Below are positions 33,540 through 44,329 of a stretch of DNA of 64,000 bases, piece after piece (positions within the stretch are counted from its first letter, which is position 1; each line of letters begins with the position of its first letter). The notes under the pieces are model-generated. The model saw only the letters and a list, made by a program, of their open reading frames with translations, did no database searches and was not told the origin of the DNA. Made by a program: the position numbers and the translations under genes. This DNA is from Thermodesulfobacteriota bacterium (GTDB lineage Bacteria > Desulfobacterota_D > UBA1144 > Nemesobacterales > Mycalebacteriaceae). The stretch is taken from positions 1-64,000 of the forward strand of contig CBDAQI010000012.1 of assembly GCA_965198945.1 (NCBI GenBank). The letters run 5' to 3'.

Positions 33540-34063
33540 TTTACGGCTCCCGATTCCAATTCCAGAAGGGTTTTTTTCATTTCAATTCCTCCTTCTCCGC
33601 TGAAACCGCCAAAACCGTTTTTGCCGACAACCCTGTGGCACGGAATCAGTATCAGAAAAACATTTGACGCAACCGCCTGTGCCACCGCTCTGCGGCGGGT
33701 TTCTCCACCCAGTGCTGAAGCGATTTCGGAATAAGTCCTCGTTTGTCCACATGGAATTTCTGATATTTTTTCCCATACACGCAGACGGAAATCCGAAACT
33801 TCAGACAGGAGCAAAAGCTTGTCTGACATTCTGGAGCGTCCGAACAGCGAGTTGTTTTCTCCCTTGAGGCAGGAAGAGACCCTTGAAAGCCCCGTCTCAA
33901 GATGTGTCAGTATCTCCGGCGGAATTTTCCGCCCGCTCAAATCCGTTCCGGGGTTTTCAAAGCTCACTGATATGCCGCTCAAACCCTCCATCCGGGCGCG
34001 GGCGGTCACAAAAATGCCGCAATCAAGTTCAACCGTACTGGAAAAAACCGGCTGTTGTTTCAT
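33536..34063 (-). CDS. ogt: methylated-DNA--protein-cysteine methyltransferase
   Basis: IPCGQTRTYSEIA, RAVA and active-site PCHRVV motifs. ATG at 34063 has a GGAG RBS. Confidence 0.88.
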   Translation of the reverse strand: MKQQPVFSSTVELDCGIFVTARARMEGLSGISVSFENPGTDLSGRKIPPEILTHLETGLSRVSSCLKGENNSLFGRSRMSDKLLLLSEVSDFRLRVWEKISEIPCGQTRTYSEIASALGGETRRRAVAQAVASNVFLILIPCHRVVGKNGFGGFSGEGGIEMKKTLLELESGAVN

Positions 34064-34166
34064 ATTGAAAAGACCGCTCCGTAAGACTATAATTCCGGGG
34101 TTTGCATTGCAAGGTTGCCGTTGCCGAATTGAAAAATTTCTACCACAATTTACAGGGACTGTCTCT

Positions 34167-34955
34167 ATGGCAAAAATCATAGGGGTTATGAACCAGAAGG
34201 GCGGGGTGGGCAAGACCACGACCGCAGTGAACCTTTCGGCGAGTCTTGCGCTGATGGGGCGGAAAACTCTGCTTGTGGATTGCGACCCTCAGGGTAACTC
34301 GTCAAGCGGGGTCGGCGTTGACAGAAACGGCGGTGTGCCGACAATTTACGAAGTTATGCTCAATTCAAATTCCGCCGCGGAGGCAATCCTTAAAGTTTAT
34401 CCGGATTCTTTCGGAGGCATGCTGGATGTGATTCCGTCCAACTCAAGCCTTACGGGAGCGGAGGTTGAAATTCTTGAACTTGAAAACAGAGAGCAAATTC
34501 TGAAAGGCTGCTTAGTTGAGGTCTCTCATGACTACTCCTACATAATAATAGACTGCCCGCCTTCGCTTAACATTCTATCAATCAACGCGCTTGCCGCGTC
34601 GGATTCGGTGATAATTCCCATACAGTGTGAATACTACGCTCTTGAAGGGCTTGCCAATATCAAAAATGCCATGTCTCTTATACGCAGGCGCATCAACCCG
34701 CTTTTGCGGGTTGAGGGCTATCTTTTGACGATGTTTAACAAGAGAAACAACATCTGCCACTCAGTCGCGCGTGAGACGAGAAACCATTTCGCGGATGACA
34801 CTTTCAACACGGTCATATCAAGAAATGTCCGTCTTGCCGAGTGTCCGAGCTACGGGAAACCTCTTGCAATTTATGACGAAAATTCTCAGGGAGCGCAGGA
34901 CTACATGTCGCTTGCCGGGGAAATAATCAGGAAAAACGGAGGAGTTTCAAATTGA
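34167..34955 (+). CDS. parA: chromosome partitioning ATPase ParA/Soj
   Basis: NQKGGVGKTT, DPQGN, IDCPPSL and QCEYYALEG motifs. Confidence 0.95.
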   Translation: MAKIIGVMNQKGGVGKTTTAVNLSASLALMGRKTLLVDCDPQGNSSSGVGVDRNGGVPTIYEVMLNSNSAAEAILKVYPDSFGGMLDVIPSNSSLTGAEVEILELENREQILKGCLVEVSHDYSYIIIDCPPSLNILSINALAASDSVIIPIQCEYYALEGLANIKNAMSLIRRRINPLLRVEGYLLTMFNKRNNICHSVARETRNHFADDTFNTVISRNVRLAECPSYGKPLAIYDENSQGAQDYMSLAGEIIRKNGGVSN

Positions 34956-35827
34956 GAAAAAACACTCTTGGTAAAGGTCTGGAAGCGCTTATAGGGAGCG
35001 AGGCGGACCCCGCACCGGGCGGCGGTCTTGTTACTCTGCCCACGGGCAGACTCAAACCCGGCGCCGGGCAGCCGAGGAAGGATTTCAACGACAAAACTCT
35101 TGACGAGCTTGCGGATTCAATCAGTGAAAAAGGCGTGATTCAGCCGCTGATTGTCAGAAAGCAGGGCGACAAATATGAGATAATCGCCGGAGAAAGAAGA
35201 TGGAGGGCCGCTCAAAAGGCGGGGCTTCACGAAGTTCCCGTAATCGTCCGCGATTTTGCGGACGACGAGGCGCTTGAGACCGCCCTTATTGAAAACATCC
35301 AGCGCGAGGATTTAAACCCCCTTGAGGAGGCGCTTGCGTATCAGCGGTTGATTTCGGAGTTTGATCTGAAACATGAAGAGGTTTCAAAGCGGGTCGGCAA
35401 AAGCAGGGCGGCGGTTACAAACTCTTTGAGGCTTCTTAAGCTGTCCGTGCGGGCGCGGGAAGCGCTTTCATCGGGGCTTTTGTCAATGGGGCATGCAAGG
35501 GCGATACTTGGTCTCAAATCCGGTGAGGATGAAGACGCTGTTGCGGACAGGATAGCGGCTGCGGGCCTGTCCGTCAGGCAGACCGAGGCGCTTGTGCGCA
35601 GAATCAACGCTTCGGGCGCTGTGGGTGCAAAAACTTCACGAGGCTCGGAAACTGACATATATTTGAAAAGGCTTGAGCGGTCAATGCGGGAGAGCCTCGG
35701 CACAAAAGTGAATATAGAAGGCGGCAGAAAGAAGGGCAGGATAGTGATTCATTACTCATCCGCTGACGAGCTTGAGGGTTTGCTTTTTGAGATGACAAAC
35801 CGAAGCCCGGTTCCGGTAAAATCCTGA
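34952..35827 (+). CDS. parB: ParB/Spo0J partition protein
   Basis: LGKGLEALI, QPRKDF, GERRWRA and ENIQREDL motifs plus HTH. Confidence 0.95.
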   Translation: MRKNTLGKGLEALIGSEADPAPGGGLVTLPTGRLKPGAGQPRKDFNDKTLDELADSISEKGVIQPLIVRKQGDKYEIIAGERRWRAAQKAGLHEVPVIVRDFADDEALETALIENIQREDLNPLEEALAYQRLISEFDLKHEEVSKRVGKSRAAVTNSLRLLKLSVRAREALSSGLLSMGHARAILGLKSGEDEDAVADRIAAAGLSVRQTEALVRRINASGAVGAKTSRGSETDIYLKRLERSMRESLGTKVNIEGGRKKGRIVIHYSSADELEGLLFEMTNRSPVPVKS

Positions 35828-35830
35828 CAA

Positions 35831-36100
35831 ATGAAGGTTTTTGAAGTGAAAATTGAAATTCGTCCGGCAAAGGGCGTGCTTGACCCGCAGGGCAAGACCA
35901 TTTTCTCCACGCTCGGCAGACTGGGTTTTCGTGGTGTTTCTTCTGTGACGGCGGGAAAACTCATAGAGCTGACCCTTGAATCCGCCGATGAGAAGTCCGC
36001 AAAAGACGAGGCGCGCAAAATGTGCTCTCAGCTTCTTGCAAATCCCGTCATAGAGGTTTTTTCAATACAAGTTACGGAAGCGGAAAAGGCCGTTGCCTGA
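35831..36100 (+). CDS. purS: FGAM synthase subunit PurS
   Basis: VLDPQG and LLANPVIE motifs. Confidence 0.93.
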   Translation: MKVFEVKIEIRPAKGVLDPQGKTIFSTLGRLGFRGVSSVTAGKLIELTLESADEKSAKDEARKMCSQLLANPVIEVFSIQVTEAEKAVA

Positions 36101-36794
36101 TTTTGGCGTAATTGTTTTTCCGGGTTCAAACTGCGATGCGGACTGTCTGCGTGCGGTTAAAGGTCTTGGATACGGGGGAGTCAGTATCTGGCATGAAGAG
36201 ACTTCCCTTGACGGCATTGACTGTGTTGTAATTCCCGGCGGTTTTTCCTACGGAGACTATTTGAGAACCGGCGTTATGGCGTCTCTTTCGCCCGTGATGG
36301 AAAGTGTAAGGAGTTTCGCGCGGGAGGGTAAGCCCGTGATAGGCATCTGCAACGGTTTTCAGATACTTGCCGAAAGCGGTCTTGTTCCCGGGGCGTTTAT
36401 ACGGAATTCAGGTTTGAGGTTTGTCTGCAGGTGGACTTATGTGCGTGTTGAAAACACCGACACGCCTTTTACCGCGTCTCTGAAAAAAGGCGATGTTTTG
36501 ACAATTCCGGTGGCAAACGGCGAGGGGGCTTTTTTCTGTACAGAGAATGAGCTCGGCGGTATGGAGAACGAAGGACGAATTGTTTTCAAATACTGTTCGG
36601 AAGACGGCGATATAACTTCCGAAGCCAATCCCAACGGCTCGGTTTCAAACATAGCGGGCGTTTGCGGTGAAAAAAGCAATGTGCTTGGGATGATGCCTCA
36701 TCCTGAAAGATGCTGCGACGCTGTTCTCGGCGGAACCGACGGGACGGCGATCTTCAAATCGGTCGCCGATTTTATTTTACGGGAAAACGGATAG
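36093..36794 (+). CDS. purQ: FGAM synthase glutaminase subunit PurQ
   Basis: FPGSNCD, GGFSYGDYLR, GICNGFQ and MMPHPER motifs. Confidence 0.96.
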   Translation: MPDFGVIVFPGSNCDADCLRAVKGLGYGGVSIWHEETSLDGIDCVVIPGGFSYGDYLRTGVMASLSPVMESVRSFAREGKPVIGICNGFQILAESGLVPGAFIRNSGLRFVCRWTYVRVENTDTPFTASLKKGDVLTIPVANGEGAFFCTENELGGMENEGRIVFKYCSEDGDITSEANPNGSVSNIAGVCGEKSNVLGMMPHPERCCDAVLGGTDGTAIFKSVADFILRENG

Positions 36795-36829
36795 AAGAAC
36801 CGTCTCGTATTTTTCAACCGTTAATCTGA

Positions 36830-37115
36830 CATTTGAACCTTGCGCATTTTCATCGTCTATCCGATGGCGGCACGGCACGGAAGGGCAAAACGGCTAACGA
36901 CCCTGAGGCGGCGGCATCGCCTGGGATGTCATAGTTATCGGGGATGACTATCTTACCGTTCCCACTGGCCGGGTAACGCTGGGTTCACGGAAGATCAGGA
37001 CATTGAAGACGCCTCCGGCAATGCCGTTATCGAGACGATTGTGGTCACGGGTGGAATATACGGAAGAGACGAAATACATATGAGGTCAGGTTCTGACGGA
37101 AACTCCCTACTCAGG
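36830..37115 (+). pseudogene. probable remnant of a surface-protein Ig-like repeat
   Basis: Broken frames read WDVIVIGDDYLTVPTGRVTLG and FTEDQDIEDASGNAV, resembling D.AGN-terminated Ig-like repeats of large adhesins. Weak evidence. Confidence 0.35.
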
Positions 37116-37505
37116 TAAAAACGGGCTTGTATTTTTTCAATTGCCCGATAAAAATTTCCATGTCGGCTCTCACTTCCGCATCTTGGGGCAGACAGACTCA
37201 GGAGCGGAGTCGGCTGAAGATTATTTCCTGCAATTTATGGCATAATTTTTTGACCGGCTGCCACGAAAACTCCTTTCCACTGCGGTTAGCCTTAAAGTTT
37301 TCCATTTTTGTGACAATTTAATTAAGTAACAAACAAAAAAAACAGACCCGTTTGTGTATATTGCTATATTGTATGTATTAAGGATCATGTCTATATTCAA
37401 AACGAAACTGGAATTGAAAAGTGTTGCATTTCGCAACTAAAATCAGGAATTTGATTTTTCCGGTTGTAAAATTCTTATACTCAAATATACATTCGGGAGA
37501 CAAAA

Positions 37506-39962
37506 ATGAAGAAATTTCTGCCAGCCTTAATAGTGTTTTGCCTTGTTCTGACTGGTTGTGGCGGCGGTGGCGGTTCTCCTCAGGTTCTCGGTCCTCAACC
37601 CGTTGGTCCGGAGAATCCTATTGAGCCTCCACCCCCGCCGGATTTGCCGACTTTGCCGGATACACAGGTGGTGCAGTCTCCTCCCTCTTCAGCACGAACA
37701 ATCGAGCAGCTTGAGAATTTTTACGGCACATATTTGTCCGAATCCATAGCCGGGGGTGAATTTGGACTTATCAATCTTGATAGCGCATATGCGAATCTTT
37801 ACATGGCACGGGGCGCGGATGAGTCCGCACGACCCGGCAACGGAGTTACAATAGGATTTATTGACACCGGTTTGGATACTGCACATCCGGCCTTTCATGG
37901 CAAGAGAATGACTGTTGAATATTTCGGGTCTGCATCCGCAGGTTCCGATTTGAAAAATGGCGGTTCACACGGAACGAGCGTTGCGAGCATAGCCGCCGGA
38001 GTGCGTCAAGACTGGCAGTTTCCCTCCGAGGGGAGGGAGGTTGGTTTTGTTACTAGAACTTCGGAGGGTGTTGCTCCGGGAGCCAATATCAGGATGCTTG
38101 CCATACCTCTGGGCAGCCCTCCGCCGGATTATCAAATTTCCGCCCCGACTGAAGGCGGATTGCGGGAATTTGATTTGTTTCAAACTTCAGTTTTAAGGGC
38201 GGCCCTCAGCCCGGATCGCAATATTGATATTTTGAATTTGAGTTTCGGCACTGACTCCAATATCAGCGACTATTCGGAAATAGCGCTTCGCAATTCATTC
38301 GGTGAAGAGATACAGATTTTAGCCCAGAGCGGTCGCTCCAATAAGACTCTTCTTGTTTGGGCGGCCGGGAATGAGAATGAGGGTGATTGTGTGAACGGAA
38401 CTCCGAGTTGCGTGAATGGCGAGTTTGACGCTTCTTCTCCGGGAATACAACCCGGACTAACGTATCGCATACCCGAACTGCGTCCTCACTCGGTTGCTGT
38501 TGTGGCGGTCAAACAGGACGGAACGATTACGGATTTTTCCAGCAGATGCGGGGTCGCCGCCGATTGGTGTATAGCCGCCCCGGGTGAAGAAATCGGAGTT
38601 GCATATTCCAGACAAATGTCTGATGGCAGCATAAAAAGAAGCGTATCGGACCGGTATATAGGCACCTCTTTTGCGGCTCCGATAGTGTCCGGCGGTCTGG
38701 CCTTTGATGAAGCAGCAGTTTCGGGGTCAGTTGAGTAATGTTGAGTTGCTTGCCCGGATGTTTGCCACTGCCACAAAGAGGGGGATTTATGCCAACGAAC
38801 CCATTTACGGGCAGGGTCTTTTGAACCTCGGAGCCGCGACCGAGCCCGTGGGAGCGCCCGCTGTTCCATCCGGAGCGGGTTTTCTGAACGATGAAGGCGG
38901 CTGGCAGTTTGCGCCTGTGTCGGCCACGCGCATGGAGACCGGCGAAGCTTTTGGAGACGCTCTTTCACGCTCTTTTGCGGGGCAGGAAATTGCCGCGTTT
39001 GATTCTCTGGACGCTCCGTTCTGGTATCCGCTTGAGACATTTGCGCTGAAGACTGAGAGATCTCAGGTTCGGCGGCACTTGATGGGTTTTATGGATTTTT
39101 CAAACAGCGATGCTGATATGGCGGGCAGTATATCAACAACCGGGTCAAGGGCGCCCGTTGTTCAGTTTGAGGGGAATCAGTTTGGCGGTTTTGAAGACGG
39201 CCGGACGCCTGCGGTTTATTTTTCAATGTCAAGGGGCGTGTTTGACAATTCCCGCAGCATTGAGCGAGCGGGTCTGCTGTCTTTGTTTGACAATAAAGTG
39301 TTCGCACGTCTGGAAGTCCGAAGATTTTACGGTTCTGGCGTTTACTTCGGAATAGAGAGCGGCGAAAGGGCCCGCCGAGGGAGCGGTTGTTTCCTACAGT
39401 CTGCCAAACCTGCCTCTGACTCTGCGCTCGGGCTACGTTTCAGAATCAAGATCCGCTTTGGGGGCGACGGGGGGAGGGGGGCTTTCGGGGAATTGTCTTC
39501 ATCAACGATTTTTGCGGGCATGGGTTTTAATTACGAACTTGCGGGTTTGGCGTTTGGCGGGGGATGCGGAGATGGGTGTGTCTTCTGCCGGGAGCGGAGC
39601 CGGATTGATTGGTGATGTGTCTGAGGTGACAACGAGTTCATTTTCATTGGAACTTGCGCGGAGTTTTTTCAGTGATTCTGAGATAAGAGTTTCGGTGTCT
39701 TCACCTGTGAGGGTTGAGAGCGGGACAATGGGTTTGGCGGTTCCGGGTGGGCAGGACGCATGAGGGCGCGATTTTGAGAAGAAACCTTGAGGCTAATCTT
39801 GAGCCGTCGGGCAGGCAGGTGGATGGTGGGGGTTCAGTTGGTGACACAGACACGTGTCGGCAAGGTGAGTTTCGGAGGGTGTTGCTACCCGCGAGCCGGG
39901 ACACGATAAAGACTCTGAACCTTCTCTTTCTCTCCTTGCCGGCTTACAGCATGAATTTCTGA
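37506..39962 (+). CDS. lipidated subtilisin-like S8 serine protease with probable C-terminal outer-membrane beta domain; several frameshifts from 38703 onward
   Basis: Lipobox LTGC, Gly/Pro linker, catalytic IDTG, HGT and GTSFAAP, oxyanion AAGN, and YGQGLLNL. The C-terminal beta-strand-rich region ends in YSMNF. Confidence 0.8.
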
Positions 39963-40035
39963 CGGGGGTTTTGTTTTCCGCCCGTCCGGCGCGGGCTTCA
40001 AACTTTCTTTTTTTCTGTGGTATTTTCATCCGGTA

Positions 40036-40289
40036 ATGGCTGAAAAAGACTGTCAGTTTATAGACATCACGGGCGAGGTCTGCCCCATGACTTCAATTAA
40101 AACAAAATTGAAATTGAAAAACATGCCTGCCGGCGCGGTTTCTGGAAGTGCGTCTATGTGAAGGGGAGCCGGTTGAAAATCTGCCCCGCACGATTGAGCG
40201 GGAAGGTCATAAGATTCTTGAAGTAAAAAAAGAGGGCTCTTTCTGCACAGTTCAGGATACGGCGCGGGCTGATATGCGTGAAGCAATAA
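40036..40289 (+). CDS. tusA: TusA/SirA family sulfurtransferase (frameshifted; absent from the ORF track)
   Basis: MAEKDCQFIDITGEVCPMTSIKTKLKL, then after a +1 shift LEVRLCEGEPVENLPRTIEREGHKI. Confidence 0.8.
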
Positions 40290-40299
40290 AAAATTGAAA

Positions 40300-41237
40300 A
40301 TGAGGTCTGCGGTCTCCGTTTCGCGTTCGGTGGTTGATTTCATCGGAGAGACTCCGCTTATAAGACTCGGCAAAAATTGCTCCCGATGTTCCTGACACCG
40401 TTGAAATTCATGCAAAGGCGGAATGGTTGAATCCCGGAGGTTCGGTGAAAGACCGCGCCGCCCCTCCGGATGGTTTCCGAGAGCGATTAAGAAAGGCGAT
40501 TTGAGTAAAGGGGCGCGCCATAAATGGACTCATCGTCCGGCAACACGGCGATAGCATATGCCATGATAGGGGCGTCCCTTGGATTCCCGGTGGAAAATAG
40601 TGGCGGCCGGAAAATATCAACCTTGAAAGGAAGAAAACCATTGAAGCGTTCGGTGCTGAAATCATTTATTCAGACCCGCTTGAGGGGTTCTGACGGCGCA
40701 ATTCTGCTCGCGCGGAAAAATCAAAGAGCAATCGCCTGACAAATACTTTATGCCGGACCAATACAACAACCCCCTCAACCCGCTCGCTCATTATGAAACA
40801 ACGGCGCCTGAAATTTGGGAGCAGACCGGGGGGCGTGTTACGCACTTTATAGCGGGAAGTGGGCACAAGCGGAACAATTATGGGCGCTTCCCGGAGACTC
40901 AAAGAAACTCAACCCCGAAGTGAAAACTTTCGCCGTTGAGCCCGCGGAAGTTCTTCACAGGTCCTTGAGGGGCTCAAACATATTAGGACTATCAATAGTG
41001 CCCGGAATCTATAATTCGAAAGGGTTTGACGGCACAATGTTTGTTTCCACCGAAAAATCTTACGCAATGATGGAGTCAATGGTAGAGGGCGGAAGGCATA
41101 TTTATAGGACATTCCGGCGGAGCGGCGGTTTTTGCGGCTGTTGAAACTTGCACGCGGGACTTGATTCCGGTGTTGTCGTTAACGGTGCTTCCTGACAGCG
41201 GGAGTCAGGTAATTTAAGCGAGAAACTGTGGTGGTAG
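40300..41237 (+). pseudogene. cysM: PLP-dependent cysteine synthase (CysM-like), broken by many single-base indels that may be assembly error
   Basis: Across shifting frames: IGETPL, AKAEWLNPGGSVKDR (PLP lysine), DSSSGNTAIA, PDQYNNP, HYETTAPEIW, GTSGT and LPDSG...SEKLWW. Confidence 0.8.
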
Positions 41238-41652
41238 AGATTCTCAAAGCAGCAGTTTTTGAAGGTATGAAAAAACATGCGGAAAGGGGTTATCCCAATG
41301 AGGTAGTGCGGAAGTGATGATAGGCGCCGGAAGTCTGATAACGGAATTTGCCGAGTTGGTATCGTAATCTCAATAAACGAAAGGGGCTCATGACAGATAC
41401 GAGCTTGACCCTCTGTCTTTTAGCGAGGCCGACACGGAAGCGAGAAAGAAAAACTTGGACATAGTGGGCATATATCATTCCCACCCCGACCATCCCGCGC
41501 GTCCTTCGGAGACGGACAGAATCAGGGCCTGGAGCGGCTGGGAATATTTGATAATTTCAATAGAAAAAGGCGCGTTCAAAAAAGCCGGTCTCTGGCGTTT
41601 GAACGAAAAAACCCGTCAGTTTGAAAAAAGGGATTTTTCCTTTTCCGGTTAG
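41231..41652 (+). CDS. M67/JAMM metallopeptidase, Mec (CysO-cysteine peptidase)-like; frameshifted 5' half
   Basis: HAERGYPNE and JAMM motif YHSHPDHPARPSETD. GTG start overlaps the cysM stop. Confidence 0.82.
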
Positions 41653-41761
41653 CGGAGCAGTTTTTTCAGTGTGCCGGACAATTTTTACTTTATTTTCTTC
41701 CCGTCTTTTTGTTAGAATTTCCGCCTTAATATGCTATAAATAAGTGAAACGGGGGGAGTCT

Positions 41762-42850
41762 ATGTTTAAAAGGTTTTTATTGATTGCGGTTTTTGCCGTT
41801 TTTGCGGGAGCGGGTTATTTTTCACTTGAAAGGCCCGGTGAGCTGAGGGATAGGGTCGGTTTCCTTTTTGCCGGAACCGGTTATTCCCCGCCTGAAAAGA
41901 GTGTTTCAACTCAAACTCAAAGCCAAACGGTTCCTGAGAAGCCGGCTGACACTTTTGTTCTGTCTTATAAAATAAGAGAGGGGGACTCTCTCAGCCTTAT
42001 AGCCCACAGGTTCGGAATAAAAACCGATGAACTTGCAAAGGCAAACTCCATAAAAGACGGCGTCATCTACGCGGGAGAACCGCTGGACATTCCGTTGGAC
42101 AAGCGAGCGATTGTGTTCATTCACACTGTTTCCGGAGGAGAAACTCTTTCGTCTCTGGCGGAATTATACCGGACAAGCGTTCACAGCATAATGAGGCTCA
42201 ACCATATGCAGGATGACGCCATTTTTGCCTCCCACAAACTTCTTGTCAGCAGAAGTCCCCGACATCAATTCAAGGTTTGTGGTTTTCAAGGTCGGAGAGG
42301 GTGACACGGAGAGTGAAATTTCAAACACTTTCGGCTATGAGCATGAAGGAAATCGGCAAACTTAACGTTTCCAATCCCGGATGGATGAGTCCGGGCTCTC
42401 ACATAGTTGTAGACACTTTTGAATACACTTATTCTGACAAAACCAAAGAGCGCATAATAGAGACCGCAAAAGTCTATCTGGGGGCTCCCTACAAATACGG
42501 CGGAAATTCAACCGAAACGGGCATAGACTGTTCCGCATATGTTAAAAAGGTTTTCTCTTATCTCGGGGTGAATCTGCCCAGAACCGTAAAGGTGGATGCA
42601 CAAGCACGCTGACGGTCGGTGGGTGAAAAGAGAACGGCTTGAAAAAGGCGATCTGGTTTTCTTTGAAACGGACAGACCGTTTCCGTCTCATATCGGCATC
42701 TACATTGAAAATGACAAATTTATACACGCTTCATCGGCCAGCGGAAAAGTGGTAATATCAGACCTCCGCGCACCCTATTACTCAAAGACCTATATAGGCG
42801 CCAAGAGGATTTATTTGAAGAGCCACGGCATGGTTGCTTTGAAAAATTAG
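41762..42850 (+). CDS. LysM x3 plus NlpC/P60 peptidoglycan endopeptidase (frameshifted)
   Basis: N-terminal signal/TM. LysM repeats YKIREGDSL, HTVSGGETL and FKVGEGDT. NlpC/P60 motifs LGAPYKYGG, DCSA, SHIGIY and FIHAS. Confidence 0.85.
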
Positions 42851-42865
42851 GGAAATAAATTTTGA

Positions 42866-43777
42866 ATGAAAAAGAAAGAAGTTCATGAAATAGTAAAAAC
42901 GTTTCCGCAAGCATCTTGAGTATGAAAGAAGCCTGTCTCCGAACACCGTACGCGCATATGTGAGTGATGTGGGGCAGTTCACGGATTTTTTGCTCAAGAA
43001 AAAAAATCAGGTCTTCATTCCGTGGATTTGAGACAGATAAACCGCTATGTGGCAAAGCGTTTTGAGTCTAATTCCAAAACTTCAACGGCCCGCAAGGTTG
43101 CCGCCGTCAGGACTTTTTTCAGGTTTCTTAACATTGAGAAAATAACGGAACAGAACCCAGCCGCAAGCGCCTCCGTGCCGAAAACGGGGCGCCCTCTTCC
43201 GTCTTTTCTTTCGGTGGATGAAATTGACGCCATTTTGAGAAAAGTGGAGACCGGGGAAGACACTCCGTTTTCTCTCAGAGACAAGGCGATGTTTGAACTC
43301 GCTTATTCTTCGGGACTCAGGGTGAGCGAGCTTGTTTCACTCAAAATTGACGATATTGATTTTGAACGGGGCGCGGTAAGGGTTTTCGGAAAGGGCGCCA
43401 AAGAGAGGATTGTTCCGTTCGGCTCAAAAGCCGCGGCCGCGCTTGGGAAATATGTGAAAGCAAGGGGGTCTCTCAAGCCGAAAACCGACAATGTTTTTGT
43501 CGGCTCAAAAAAAACCGGCATAACTTCAAGAAGCGTCTCAAGGATTTTGAAACATTACGCCGTCGCATCGGGAATAAGCAAGAACGTGTCGCCTCACACT
43601 TTAAGGCACAGTTTTGCCACCCACCTGCTCGCTTCAGACGGCGGCGCCCAAAAGGACAAACTCAGGGCAATACAGGCCATGCTCGGACATTCAAGTCTTT
43701 CTTCAACACAAAAATACACTCATGTATCCGTTGAACAGTTGATGGACGTGTATGACAATGCCCATCCGAGGTCTTAA
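42866..43777 (+). CDS. xerC: tyrosine recombinase XerC with two frameshifts before 43022
   Basis: Upstream frames give ERSLSPNTVRAYVSD. Catalytic SGLRVSE, GKGAKER, HTLRHSFATH, LGH and TQKY motifs; sits before hslVU. Confidence 0.9.
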
Positions 43778-44326
43778 ATGGCTGCTTCACAGACAGAAAC
43801 ATTTCACGGCACCACAATTCTCTGCGTAAGAAAAGACGGCTCAACCGCAATGGGGGGAGACGGGCAGGTTACTCTCGGAGATGTGTCGGTAAAGCATTCC
43901 GCCAATAAGATAAGAAAAATTCATTCGGGCGGTGTCTGTGTGGGGTTTGCGGGTTCAACAGCGGATGCGATAACACTTTTTGACAGATTTGAGTCAAAGA
44001 TTGAAGAATTCGGCGGAAATCTCAAACGTGCCGCCGTGGAGCTTGGAAAAGATTGGAGAACCGACAGAATTTTGCGCAGGCTGGAAGCTCTGCTCGCGGT
44101 TGCCGACAGGGAAAATATGTTTATAATATCTGGCGCGGGAGACATTCTTGAACCTGATGACGGAATAATCTCCATAGGTTCGGGAGGTTCTTACGCAAGA
44201 GCTGCGGCAAAGGCTCTTGTAGATTTCTCAGAGTTGAAAGCAGAAGAAATTGTCCGCAGTTCTCTTTTGATAACGTCCGAGATTTGCATATACACAAACG
44301 ATAAAATACGCATTGAAACTCTTTAA
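43778..44326 (+). CDS. hslV: ATP-dependent protease peptidase subunit
   Basis: [14 protein letters not shown] and IGSGG motifs. Confidence 0.97.
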   Translation: MAASQTETFHGTTILCVRKDGSTAMGGDGQVTLGDVSVKHSANKIRKIHSGGVCVGFAGSTADAITLFDRFESKIEEFGGNLKRAAVELGKDWRTDRILRRLEALLAVADRENMFIISGAGDILEPDDGIISIGSGGSYARAAAKALVDFSELKAEEIVRSSLLITSEICIYTNDKIRIETL

Positions 44327-44329
44327 ATA

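Noticed and set aside
36870..36935. c-di-GMP-I riboswitch-like GGGCAAAAC start
   Set aside because: It lacks the following GNRA hairpin and GACGCAAAGC segment. An Infernal search would settle it.
36806..37140. Imperfect GTATTTTT(T)CAA direct repeat flanking the adhesin-like debris
   Set aside because: It is short and low-complexity, could arise by chance, and has no associated transposase or inverted repeats.
34167..37505. Replication origin or parS near parAB and the AT-rich tract
   Set aside because: I saw no cluster of DnaA boxes and no TGTTTCACGTGAAACA-like palindrome by eye, and dnaA/dnaN are not in the window.
42866..43777. Tyrosine recombinase as a phage or island integrase
   Set aside because: The size and xerC-hslVU-argB context indicate chromosomal XerC. 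No att sites or phage genes were seen.
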